From an uncultured Thermoplasmata archaeon (GTDB taxonomy: Archaea > Thermoplasmatota > Thermoplasmata > RBG-16-68-12), in NCBI GenBank assembly GCA_963768855.1, contig CAVYJM010000011.1, forward strand, positions 64,001 through 128,000: 64,000 nt of DNA, in the 5' to 3' direction. Below, in pieces: positions 18,870-27,795 of the stretch. Position 1 is the first letter of the stretch, and each line of letters opens with the position of its first letter. A program made the translations under genes and the position numbers. The notes beneath the pieces were generated by a model that saw nothing but the letters and a program-made list of their open reading frames with translations, did no database searches and was not told the origin of the DNA.

Positions 18870-19658
18870 TCACTTGCCCTGGAACTGCGGCTTGCGCTTC
18901 TCGAGGAAGGCCTTGAAGCCCTCCTTCGCGTCTGCCATGGAGAACAGCCTGTTCTGGAGTTCGCGCTCGAGCGCGAGGCCCTCGTGGAGCGGGACCTCGA
19001 TCCCTTCGGCGACGGATCGCTTGATCAGGCCGACGGCTCGCGCGGCATGGTTCGGGTACGCCAGGCCCTGGGCGAATGCCATCGTCTCCTCCCAGAACTT
19101 CTCCCTCGGGAAGACGCGGTTCAGGATGCCCCACTCGAGGGCCTCCTTCGGGGAAAGGGTGCGGCCCGTCGTCATCAGGTCAATCGCGCGGCTCTTGCCG
19201 ATGAGCCGCGGGAGGCGCTGGGTTCCGCCGGTCCCTGGGAGTACGCCCAGGGTCACCTCAGGCAACCCGATCTTCCAAGCCCCGTCCGAAGCGAAGCGGA
19301 GGTCCGCGGCGAGGGCGATCTCCAGGCCGCCTCCGACGCAGTGCCCGTCGATTGCTGCGATGAAGAGCTTCGGGGTGGACTCCATCTTGTTGAGGACCTC
19401 CTGGCAGTTCAGGCAGAACATCGCCTTGTACTCCGGCGTGGAGGTCGCGAGGAGGTTGATGTCTGCGCCCGAGGACCAGATCCCGTCGAGCTTCGAGGCG
19501 AACACGCAGAGGTCGATCGAGTCGTCGAAGCGCACCTCGTCGATCACGTTGCTGATGTCCCGCATGAGATCCGTGTCGTACGTGTTCATCTTCGGCTTGT
19601 TGAACCATGCGACGGCCACGCGGTCCTTCTTCTCCAAGGACATGTAGGTGAGGTCCAT
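18870..19658 (-). CDS. Crotonase-family protein resembling the BoxC N-terminal (ring-cleavage) domain
   Basis: GGGLEIALAAD and LPEVTLGVLPGTGG, plus BoxC-like KAMFCLNCQE and RFDD segments; immediately downstream of the BoxB-like gene. Confidence 0.8.
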   Translation of the reverse strand: MDLTYMSLEKKDRVAVAWFNKPKMNTYDTDLMRDISNVIDEVRFDDSIDLCVFASKLDGIWSSGADINLLATSTPEYKAMFCLNCQEVLNKMESTPKLFIAAIDGHCVGGGLEIALAADLRFASDGAWKIGLPEVTLGVLPGTGGTQRLPRLIGKSRAIDLMTTGRTLSPKEALEWGILNRVFPREKFWEETMAFAQGLAYPNHAARAVGLIKRSVAEGIEVPLHEGLALERELQNRLFSMADAKEGFKAFLEKRKPQFQGK

Positions 19659-19733
19659 CAGCTGCCCCTCGTCGCGTCCTATGATTGCGGCTTGTAATAA
19701 AGGATGGCCTATCCATGCGACGGCGGAGCGAAT

Positions 19734-21155
19734 TCAGGGGGCCGGCCGATGCACAGGCTCCGGCTCTCCCCACTTGTCGTTGAACAGGAACTCGTCCTTC
19801 ACGAACTGCCAGTGGCGGCTCGTCATGTATCGTTCCGGCAGGACGGTCTTGAGGTAGTCTGCGTAGTCCTGCCGCTCGATCGGCTTCCCGTCGTGGGTGA
19901 GCAGACTCCCGCGGACGTCGTACGGGAGGTACACGTAGCCCACGCCAGGCGAGTCGCTGCCCACGTTGCGGAAGTCTCCGTATTCCTGCAGGCCGCGGAT
20001 CCGGAAGAACCGCCGATCCGGCAGGAGCACGAGGTCGTCCTTGGTCATGCCGTGGAGCGTCTCGCCCGCCTCGAGCCGTGCCAGGACGCGCTTCGCCTCC
20101 TCCCGCGTGCAGCGGGCCTTCGAGGCGATCATTGCGAGGTTCACGTCCTCGACTTTGCCCTGCACCTCGGCGATGTAGATCGCCTGCGCTTCGCCGTTCG
20201 TCAGGGTCTTGAAGACTCCCTTGACGAGGCCTCCGCCGAGCTCGGAGCCGAACATCTCGAGGCCGCGGGGGTACCACATGTTGATCGTCCGCTGGAGATC
20301 CTCCACGCCGAAGTTGCCCCCGTCGTGAATGGCGGCCGCCCCGATCGCCTTCATGAGCGTCTCGCCGGCGGCGAGGTGGTACGACTCCTCCTTCCACCGC
20401 ATCCACGGCATGGAGACGGCCATGGGGCCGTACAGGAAGTGGTGCTGCATCTCGAGCTGGAACTTCCCGACGCGGTCGATCAGGCTCATGAACGTGGCGG
20501 AGTCCATGATGCTCTTGAACTCGATGTTGAAGGCGTCGAGCACGTGCTCGCCCGGCTTCATCGCGAAGAGCTCCTCCAGCGTCTCCGTGGCCCAGTGGTG
20601 TCCCCACCGCGCGCGGTCGAAGCTCGCGTCGAGGGTGAGGACGCCGGCCATCTGCATGTGGTGCCGCAGCTCCTCGACGCACACACGCTTCTTCGAGAAG
20701 GAGATCGCGTCGAGGCGGTGTCCGGTCGGGTCCGTGCGGTGCATGCCTTCCACGATCTCCCGGTCCAGGCCGTTCAGGGATCCGGAGTCGAGCTGCTCGT
20801 AGACCATGCGGTGCTGCTGGATGGACGCCAGTTCCGTGGACGCCTGGGCGCGGATGATCTTGAGCGCGGTCATGTACTGGCTGTCGGGCATGTCGTCGGC
20901 CTTCCAGACCCGCGTGGAGAGGTCGGCCGTTGCGTCCGTGGCCCCGACGACCTTGCGTGCGAAGTCCGCGAAGCCGTCGGGCTTTGCGAGGACGCAGGTC
21001 AGGAGCGGCATCGGCGTCGCCGGATAGTAGCGGGACCAGTTCGCCTCGTCGAGGACGACGGGCATCTCGGGGAAATACGATTCCTGCCAGGCCCGCCCCT
21101 CCTCCTGCCACTTCTTCGGCAGGGGCTCCATCCGGAACTGGTCGAGGAGGGCCAT
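19734..21155 (-). CDS. Ferritin-like diiron aryl-CoA epoxidase subunit (BoxB/PaaA-like)
   Basis: Ligand set STE / EELRH / IDRVGKFQL / KEESYH, plus INMWYPRGLEMFG; about 473 aa, the BoxB size class. Confidence 0.75.
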   Translation of the reverse strand: MALLDQFRMEPLPKKWQEEGRAWQESYFPEMPVVLDEANWSRYYPATPMPLLTCVLAKPDGFADFARKVVGATDATADLSTRVWKADDMPDSQYMTALKIIRAQASTELASIQQHRMVYEQLDSGSLNGLDREIVEGMHRTDPTGHRLDAISFSKKRVCVEELRHHMQMAGVLTLDASFDRARWGHHWATETLEELFAMKPGEHVLDAFNIEFKSIMDSATFMSLIDRVGKFQLEMQHHFLYGPMAVSMPWMRWKEESYHLAAGETLMKAIGAAAIHDGGNFGVEDLQRTINMWYPRGLEMFGSELGGGLVKGVFKTLTNGEAQAIYIAEVQGKVEDVNLAMIASKARCTREEAKRVLARLEAGETLHGMTKDDLVLLPDRRFFRIRGLQEYGDFRNVGSDSPGVGYVYLPYDVRGSLLTHDGKPIERQDYADYLKTVLPERYMTSRHWQFVKDEFLFNDKWGEPEPVHRPAP

Positions 21156-21242
21156 CGACCCGAACAATAGAGGTCCCGACGGATGAATCTTTCCGGGTCG
21201 CTCCGAGAATTCGGTTTGCCGAAATGGGCACCCGGCCGCAAT

Positions 21243-21998
21243 CTAGCGGGGCGCGAGGACCGCGATGTAGTCCCCGGGCGCGTACCCGCCTCCCCAGATG
21301 ACCCGCGCGAGTTCCCAACCGCTCTGGTGGGCGATCCTCGCGAGGTCCTCGGGGGACTGGAGCAGCAGGTCGAACCAGTCGCCCACATGGCCTTTGTACC
21401 GGACCCGCAGGGTGAGGAGCCCAGGCGGTCGGCCGCGCGCAATGTTCCGCTTCACATACGGGAGATGGTCCACGGACCAGGTGCCGGGGAGCTGGCTGTG
21501 GCCGACGAGCCGGCCTCCGCGACGAATCGCCGGGGCCAGGCGGCGGAAGAAGTCGCGCATGTGGGGCACGTCGCCCGCGAGTCCGAGGTTGTTGCCGAGC
21601 AGGAGGACCGTGTCGAACGTCCCGAGGCCCGCCGGGATCCGGCGGACGTTGCCGAGGTACACCTCCTGCACGCCCCGGATTCGCGCGAGGGCGACCTGCG
21701 TCGGCGACGCGTCGAGCCCGACGACGGCGTGGCCTTTGGACTGCAGGTAGAGCGCGTGGCGGCCCGGACCGCACCCGAGGTCCAGGACGCGTCCGCGGAC
21801 CTCCTTCATCGCCTCCCGCTCCATCCGCGGCCACTGGTTCGCCGTGCCGAAGTACGAGTGGAGCGCGGACAGGCTCCGGTACCCGTCCTCCCGCTCGAAC
21901 TCCACGCGGACGCGCTTGCCCATCCAGAAGTCCAGCATCGCCTGGGCGTAGAGCTCGAAGGACGATCCGGGTGGCGCCTTACTCCCGCGGCGGGGCAT
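21243..21998 (-). CDS. Class I SAM-dependent methyltransferase
   Basis: VLDLGCGPGRH, GLDAS, FDTVLLLGNNLG. Confidence 0.88.
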   Translation of the reverse strand: MPRRGSKAPPGSSFELYAQAMLDFWMGKRVRVEFEREDGYRSLSALHSYFGTANQWPRMEREAMKEVRGRVLDLGCGPGRHALYLQSKGHAVVGLDASPTQVALARIRGVQEVYLGNVRRIPAGLGTFDTVLLLGNNLGLAGDVPHMRDFFRRLAPAIRRGGRLVGHSQLPGTWSVDHLPYVKRNIARGRPPGLLTLRVRYKGHVGDWFDLLLQSPEDLARIAHQSGWELARVIWGGGYAPGDYIAVLAPR

Positions 21999-22128
21999 GG
22001 AAGCCGCGCGGGGATGGGCACCCCGGCTACATGACCTTTCTGCCCCGGCGGACGCGGCGCAGCTACAAGATAACCGCATGCGGCAAACTTTATCCGGGCG
22101 ACGGGCGTGAGGTCGCGGGGGAGCCGCC

Positions 22129-22275
22129 ATGGCCCGCACGCGCCGGGAATCGAAGTTCGAGGTGTTCGGGGAGGAGATGCTCGAGAAGGTGGTCGCCAAG
22201 AGCGGCAGCTCGGGGCGCGTCTACCTCCCGCCCGACTGGATCGGGAAGCGGGTCAAGGTCATCCGGGTCGATTGA
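22129..22275 (+). CDS. DUF2080-like small protein (48 aa; absent from the ORF track)
   Basis: Translated by hand: MARTRRESKFEVFGEEMLEKVVAKSGSSGRVYLPPDWIGKRVKVIRVD. Confidence 0.8.
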   Translation: MARTRRESKFEVFGEEMLEKVVAKSGSSGRVYLPPDWIGKRVKVIRVD

Positions 22276-22282
22276 GGGGACG

Positions 22283-23347
22283 ATGGCCGGCTCGAGGTGG
22301 GGACCGAGAGGGATCGCGGGCTGCGCGCGGTGCGGGAGCCGCCGCGTCCACCCCAAGCTCCTCGTCATGGGACCGGTCCCCGGGATCGACAGCGACGCGT
22401 ATTCCTACATCTGCGAGGACTGCCACTACGAGGGCATGCCGGTCATCTTCGACACGGACGAGCAGCGCGCCCAGTTCGAGAAGGAGATTCGCGAGCGGGG
22501 ACACGCGCCGCCCGAGAAGCCCCTGAAGACCGCCCCGAGCATCCCGATCCTGCCCGTCTACACGAAGCCCCTCCTGGACGTCCCCCTCCTGGACCAGCTG
22601 CCCATCCACGCCGCAGCGGTCGTCGGCGTCCGCTGGGACGGGACGCGTCTTCAGCCAAACGGATACCGGACGTCCTTCCCGGAGTACTGGAACGTGATTG
22701 GCGGCTCGCGCTACAACGCGTCCCTCCTGTACATGCTGGACCTGAGCGGGATCGAACGGGGGAACCCGAACTTCGACGTGATGCGGCATCTCGTGAAGCG
22801 GTGCGACGTCTGGCTCGACCTCGGCGCCCGGGACTCCGACGACATCATGGACGGTTACATGCTCGATGTCGAGCGCGTCGTCGCGGGGACCAAGACCCTG
22901 CCCTCCCTCGACGCGTTCGTCGAGGCATACGCGCTCTCCCCGGCGGTCCTGCCCTGCCTCGACTGGGACGGCCAGATCGTGTGGGGCGACCCGCGCGAGC
23001 GGCGCAGAGATCTGTCGGAGGTCCTGGGATCTCTCCGGGCCATCGGGTTCGAGGCGGTGTGCGTGATGGACCTCCGGCGCCTTGGAACGGAGCAGGGACC
23101 GGACCCCGCGCTCGTCTCGCTTCTGCAGGGATCCGATCTGTCCGTGTACCTCGGCGGCGGCGTGCAGGAGACGGACATCACCGGGCTCAAGGAGAAGGGG
23201 TTCGCTGGAGGGCTCGTCGACCCGTACACCCCGGTCATCCGGAACCTGCTCCTGCCCCCCAAGCCCGAAGGGCCGGCGCCCGCGTCGACGCCGGAGACGG
23301 TCGCCCGCCCCGCGCCCTCCTCGCGCGCCGTGCCGGACGCAGGCTGA
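22283..23347 (+). CDS. Zn-ribbon fused to a HisA/HisF-related TIM-barrel protein
   Basis: N-terminal CARC...CEDC; barrel motifs YMLDLSG, PCLDW, VMDLRRLGTEQGPD, YLGGGV. Confidence 0.75.
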   Translation: MAGSRWGPRGIAGCARCGSRRVHPKLLVMGPVPGIDSDAYSYICEDCHYEGMPVIFDTDEQRAQFEKEIRERGHAPPEKPLKTAPSIPILPVYTKPLLDVPLLDQLPIHAAAVVGVRWDGTRLQPNGYRTSFPEYWNVIGGSRYNASLLYMLDLSGIERGNPNFDVMRHLVKRCDVWLDLGARDSDDIMDGYMLDVERVVAGTKTLPSLDAFVEAYALSPAVLPCLDWDGQIVWGDPRERRRDLSEVLGSLRAIGFEAVCVMDLRRLGTEQGPDPALVSLLQGSDLSVYLGGGVQETDITGLKEKGFAGGLVDPYTPVIRNLLLPPKPEGPAPASTPETVARPAPSSRAVPDAG

Positions 23348-23351
23348 GACG

Positions 23352-24182
23352 ATGTGCGCCCTCGAGGTCGAGGAGGCGCACGCCACGACGTCCGAGGGCG
23401 TGCGGATCCTCTATCGGGTGAGCGGCAAGGGCCCCTTCGCGATGGTCATGCCGGTGCCCTGGGGCCTGGACTCCTTCATCCAGACCCGCGGGTTCTCCTC
23501 CCTTGCCTTCTACCTCGCCCTCGTGACGTTCGATCCGCGGGGCGTCGGCGGGTCCGACCCGGTCCGCTCGGACACCGAGTTCTCGCGCGACACGACGGCG
23601 CGGGATGCGGCGACCGTTGCGGACGCGCTCGGCCTGTCTCGCGGCGTCGTCATCGGCCACTCCGGAGGCGGGGCCGTCGCCCTCACGTACGCGCTGGCGT
23701 TCCCGGAGCGGGTCTCCCATCTCATCCTCGTCTCGACGGCCGCGTGGTGGTCCGATCCGAGCCCGTTGCGCACGGACCAAGGGTTCCCGGTGACGGAGGC
23801 CGAGATGCGGGAACGGATGCGGGAGGATCTTGACCGGTCCGTGCGCCATCCGGCCGTGTTCGCGAAGGCGATGGACGAGCTGCTCCCGAGGATGCGGTTC
23901 TCGCCGGCTCGCCTGAAATGGGTGGTCACGCAGGACGCGAAGTCGTACGATGTGCGCGGCCGACTCGGAGAGATTCGCGTGCCCACGCTCATTGTCCACG
24001 GCCGGCAGGACGAGCGCGTTTCTCTGGACCGAGCGAGGGAGCTGCAGGCAGAGATTGCCGGGTCCCACTTGGTTGTCGTGGAGGATTGCGGCCACTGGCC
24101 GCACATAGAGAAGCGCACTGAGTTTCTCGACGCAGTCCGGAGCTTCCTGGGGCTCGTGGACCGGGTCCCGAGGTCGTTCTGA
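23352..24182 (+). CDS. Alpha/beta fold hydrolase
   Basis: DPRGVGGS, GHSGG nucleophile elbow, PTLIVHGRQD, CGHWPH. Confidence 0.9.
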   Translation: MCALEVEEAHATTSEGVRILYRVSGKGPFAMVMPVPWGLDSFIQTRGFSSLAFYLALVTFDPRGVGGSDPVRSDTEFSRDTTARDAATVADALGLSRGVVIGHSGGGAVALTYALAFPERVSHLILVSTAAWWSDPSPLRTDQGFPVTEAEMRERMREDLDRSVRHPAVFAKAMDELLPRMRFSPARLKWVVTQDAKSYDVRGRLGEIRVPTLIVHGRQDERVSLDRARELQAEIAGSHLVVVEDCGHWPHIEKRTEFLDAVRSFLGLVDRVPRSF

Positions 24183-24191
24183 CCGCGAGCC

Positions 24192-24605
24192 TCAGACCCG
24201 TTCCACGTCGACGCCGACGCTCCGCAGGATGTCGAGGCCCTCGTCGGAGCGGTACGTCGCGCGGTAGTACACCTTCGACACGCCGGAGTTGACGATGGCC
24301 TTCGCGCATGTGATGCAGGGCTGGGCGGTGACGAAGACCACTTTCTTCGGATCGTTCACCCGCACTTTGATCAAGGCGTTCACCTCACTATGAACGCAGC
24401 CACACCCGCCTGGTTGGTCCACCTTGCAGTCTTCGTGCGAGAGACCCCTCGCGGTCCCGTTGTATCCGAATCCGTAGATCTGAGTCATGTCCTGCGACGT
24501 GAGCACGCACCCGACCTGGAACCGCTTGCACGTTGCCCTGCGGGTGAGCGCCATCGCGAAATCCATGATCAGGCTCTCCAGGCTCGGCCGCTCGATCGTG
24601 CCCAT
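24192..24605 (-). CDS. dCMP deaminase family (cytidine/deoxycytidylate deaminase)
   Basis: GYNG, HSE (HxE) and PCITC (PCxxC) zinc motifs. Confidence 0.9.
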   Translation of the reverse strand: MGTIERPSLESLIMDFAMALTRRATCKRFQVGCVLTSQDMTQIYGFGYNGTARGLSHEDCKVDQPGGCGCVHSEVNALIKVRVNDPKKVVFVTAQPCITCAKAIVNSGVSKVYYRATYRSDEGLDILRSVGVDVERV

Positions 24606-24726
24606 CTCCGCTCCCCTGAGGACTTCTGCGGACAAGTCCGCCCGGCGTCATAAGGCTTCGGGAGCCAAGCCCGTTTGCCGGGACCCCCGCGAATCTTTTT
24701 CTATGCGAGCAAGTTCGGATGGCCCG

Positions 24727-25932
24727 ATGGCTCCCAGGGACCGCGCCGAGGCCGCCGTGCCGGTCACATGGCCTCAGGTCCACGCATTCCGCATGGCGCG
24801 GCACCACCTGGATCGTCCCGCACCCAGGACCCAGCTCATACGGGCCGTCGCGGACTCCTGCGGCGTCCAGGCTCAGGTCATGGCGGCCGCCCAGCTCGCC
24901 GTTCGCGTCCGGGTTGGCAGACTCACGCTCGAGGACATCGAGCGCGCCCTCTGGCAGGAACGCTCCCTCGCCAGGGTGTGGTGCATGCGCGGGACCGTCC
25001 ACCTCGTCCCCGCCGACGAGCTCGCGGTCTTCGTGCGGGGGTCCAGCACCCGGCAGGAGGGCCGTGTCGCATCTTGGCTAGACCGCACCGGAGCCTCGAG
25101 GGCGTCGGCCGATCGACTGATCCAGGCGGCGAGCGCGGCCATGGACCGGCCGCGGACTCGGGAGGACATCGCGGTGCGGATCCGTGACTCCCTCGGTCTG
25201 CCCATCGAGAAGAAGGGCTCGCGCGGGTGGGGCGGTCCCGCGGACGTGGCAGGTTTCAGGCTCGGACGCGCCGTGGTCACGGTCCCCGACATCGCGTTCA
25301 TCGCATCCTACCGCGGGCTCGCTTGCTTCGGGCCGGACGAGGGGCAGGGAACGACCTTCGTGCGGCCGGACGCCTGGCTACGCGAATGGCACGATCTCTC
25401 CGTGACGGATGCGGAAGAGGCTCTTCTCCGCCGGTATCTCCACGCGTTCGCCCCCGCAACCGCGTCCGACTTTGCGGCCTGGAGCGTCCTGACCGTGGGA
25501 CGTGCCCGGCAGATATGGTCCCGCATCGAGGACGATCTGTGCCCCGTGACCGTGGACGGGCACGGGGTGTGGGTCCTGCGCCGCGACCTTTCCTCCCTTG
25601 AGCGAGCGAAGCTCGATCGTCCGACGGTCCGCCTGCTGCCATATTTCGATTCGTTCCTCATGGGGCACAAGGAGCGGCGCCACCTCGTGGACGGGGCCCA
25701 CCACAAGCGGATCTATCGTCCGGCGGGTTGGGTGTACCCGGCCGTCCTCGTGGATGGGCAGGTCGCGGGCGAGTGGTCCTACGAGCGCAAGGCAGGACGT
25801 CTCCAGGTGCGGGTCCGACCGTACGCGCCTCTCGACGAGGAGGCGAAGGACCTTGTCCGGGCCGAAGCGGAGGACGTGGCGCGGTTCCTGGAAGCTTCGG
25901 AGGCGCACGTCAGCTTTGCGAGGGCTCGATGA
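24727..25932 (+). CDS. HTH_42 / AlkZ-YcaQ family DNA glycosylase-like winged-helix protein
   Basis: GVQAQ (QxQ), WCMRGTVHLVP, LLPYFDSFLMGH, LVDGQVAGEW. Confidence 0.85.
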   Translation: MAPRDRAEAAVPVTWPQVHAFRMARHHLDRPAPRTQLIRAVADSCGVQAQVMAAAQLAVRVRVGRLTLEDIERALWQERSLARVWCMRGTVHLVPADELAVFVRGSSTRQEGRVASWLDRTGASRASADRLIQAASAAMDRPRTREDIAVRIRDSLGLPIEKKGSRGWGGPADVAGFRLGRAVVTVPDIAFIASYRGLACFGPDEGQGTTFVRPDAWLREWHDLSVTDAEEALLRRYLHAFAPATASDFAAWSVLTVGRARQIWSRIEDDLCPVTVDGHGVWVLRRDLSSLERAKLDRPTVRLLPYFDSFLMGHKERRHLVDGAHHKRIYRPAGWVYPAVLVDGQVAGEWSYERKAGRLQVRVRPYAPLDEEAKDLVRAEAEDVARFLEASEAHVSFARAR

Positions 25933-25941
25933 CCGCTCACC

Positions 25942-27666
25942 CTACGCGGACTTGGAAGAGGCCTTCGCGGCGGCGACCTCCCGCTCCCGAAGCTCCCGCC
26001 GCAGGACCTTGCCCACCATCGTCTTCGGAAGCTCCTTCTCGAAGGCCACCTGTTTCGGAACCCTGAACGGCGCGAGCTTCCCCTTGCAGAAGGCGATGAT
26101 CTCCTCGGCGGTCGCGGTCCCCCCCGGCTTGAGCACCACGTACGCCTTCACGCTCTCGCCGCGGTACGGGTCCGGGATGCCGATCACCGCGGCCTCCTGG
26201 ACCGCAGGGTGCATGTAGAGGACCTCCTCGACCTCGCGGGGGTACACGTTGTAGCCCGAGCAGAGGATCATGTCCTTCTTGCGGTCCACGATGAAGAAGT
26301 AGCCGTCCTCGTCCATCTTCGCGATGTCGCCGGTGAGGAGCCAACCGTCGTGGAGGACATTCGCGGTCTCCTCGGGCTTGTTCCAGTACCCTTTCATCAC
26401 CTGCGGCCCGCGAATCGCGAGCTCGCCGACGCCACCCTGGGGCACATCCTTCGACGCGTCGTCCACGTCCACGATCTTCGAATCCGTGTCGGGCCACGGG
26501 ATGCCGATCCCCTCCTTGATGAGGCCCTCCAGGGGGTTCGCATGGGTTACGGGGGATGCCTCGGTGAGGCCGAAACCCTCCACCAGCTTCCCGCCCGTCA
26601 CCCGCTCGAACTCGTGGCGCACCTCGTTCGGAAGGGGAGCCGAACCGGACACACAGGCCTTGATCGACCTCAGGTCGTACTTCGAGAGCTTGGGATGGCG
26701 GAGGATCGCGATGTACATCGTCGGAACGCCGGGGAAAAGCGTCGGGCGGCGCTTGTTGATCAGTTTGAGGATCACGTTGATCTCCCGCGGGTTCGGGTGG
26801 AGGATGACCTCCGCGCCATCCGCCACGGCCGCCGTCATCACCGTCGTCAGGCCGTAGACGTGGAACAGCGGGATCACCCCTAGGATGCGCTCCTGCTCCG
26901 TTCGCCTCCAGGGCAGCCACGCGTTGTCTTGGAGGGCGTTCGCGACCAGGTTCCTGTGGGTCAGCATGGCGCCCTTCGGGACGCCCGTCGTACCGCCTGT
27001 GTACTGGAGGACGGCCACGTCCTCCGACGGTCGCACGGGGGGCTCGGAGCCCGGCCGGGGGGTGGCGCGGACGAAGTCGCGGTAGCGATGGACCCAGGAG
27101 GCCTGGGGGATCTCGAGGGGCCAGTGGCCCTCCTTCTTCAAGTCCCCCCGCTTCCGGATGGGATAGAGCTGGCGCAGGGGGAATGGCAGGAAATCACCCA
27201 CGTCGCACAGGATGACGTTCGACACCCGGGTCTTCGGCTTGGCCTTCGCCAGGTTGGGCCAAAAGATGTCCAGCGCCACGACGGTCTCCACGCCCGCGTC
27301 GTTGTAGAGGTACTCGAGCTCCCGCGGCGTGTAGAGGAAGTTGGTCTGTACGACGACGCCGCCGGCGCGGAGCGTCCCGAAGAACGCGACAAAGAAGTGG
27401 GGCGTGTTGGGGAGCATCAGGGACACGCGGTCCCCGGGCTTCACCCCGAGCCCCCGCAGTCCGGCGGCGAAGCGGTCCGCGAGCTCGTCGAGCTCCCCGT
27501 AGGTGGTTCGCTTTCCGAAGAACACCATCGCGGTCCAGTCCGGATGCTCCTTGGCGGTCCGCCGCAACAGCTCATGCACCGCGATCTCGGGATACTCGAT
27601 GTGCTTCGGCACGCCCTCAGGCCAGTGCTTGTGCCAGGGCTTCGGCAGAATGGCCTCTGCTTGCAT
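25942..27666 (-). CDS. Long-chain fatty acid--CoA ligase (ANL superfamily)
   Basis: YTGGTTGVPKG, EGFGLTE, GWLLTGD, DRKKDMI, GKVLRR. Start at MQAEA follows a GGAGG RBS and a TATA-like box. Confidence 0.92.
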   Translation of the reverse strand: MQAEAILPKPWHKHWPEGVPKHIEYPEIAVHELLRRTAKEHPDWTAMVFFGKRTTYGELDELADRFAAGLRGLGVKPGDRVSLMLPNTPHFFVAFFGTLRAGGVVVQTNFLYTPRELEYLYNDAGVETVVALDIFWPNLAKAKPKTRVSNVILCDVGDFLPFPLRQLYPIRKRGDLKKEGHWPLEIPQASWVHRYRDFVRATPRPGSEPPVRPSEDVAVLQYTGGTTGVPKGAMLTHRNLVANALQDNAWLPWRRTEQERILGVIPLFHVYGLTTVMTAAVADGAEVILHPNPREINVILKLINKRRPTLFPGVPTMYIAILRHPKLSKYDLRSIKACVSGSAPLPNEVRHEFERVTGGKLVEGFGLTEASPVTHANPLEGLIKEGIGIPWPDTDSKIVDVDDASKDVPQGGVGELAIRGPQVMKGYWNKPEETANVLHDGWLLTGDIAKMDEDGYFFIVDRKKDMILCSGYNVYPREVEEVLYMHPAVQEAAVIGIPDPYRGESVKAYVVLKPGGTATAEEIIAFCKGKLAPFRVPKQVAFEKELPKTMVGKVLRRELREREVAAAKASSKSA

Positions 27667-27795
27667 GTCCTCCCCTTCTCGGTGCGGAATCGTCTCCTGA
27701 GGCATTAAACATCGTCCCGCCTGTCCAAGGCGATTGCCGTCGGTCGACGCGAAACGATTATGCGGTGCAGCTCCCTCGGAGACGGCGGCGCACCC

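Noticed and set aside
19258-21834. 858-aa ORF on the minus strand
   Set aside because: Alternative-frame shadow of the BoxB-like, BoxC-like and methyltransferase genes; Arg/Pro/Gly-rich with no motifs, typical of GC-rich DNA.
22129-22275. Mobile element marked by the DUF2080 gene
   Set aside because: No transposase, terminal inverted repeats or target-site duplication are visible around it.
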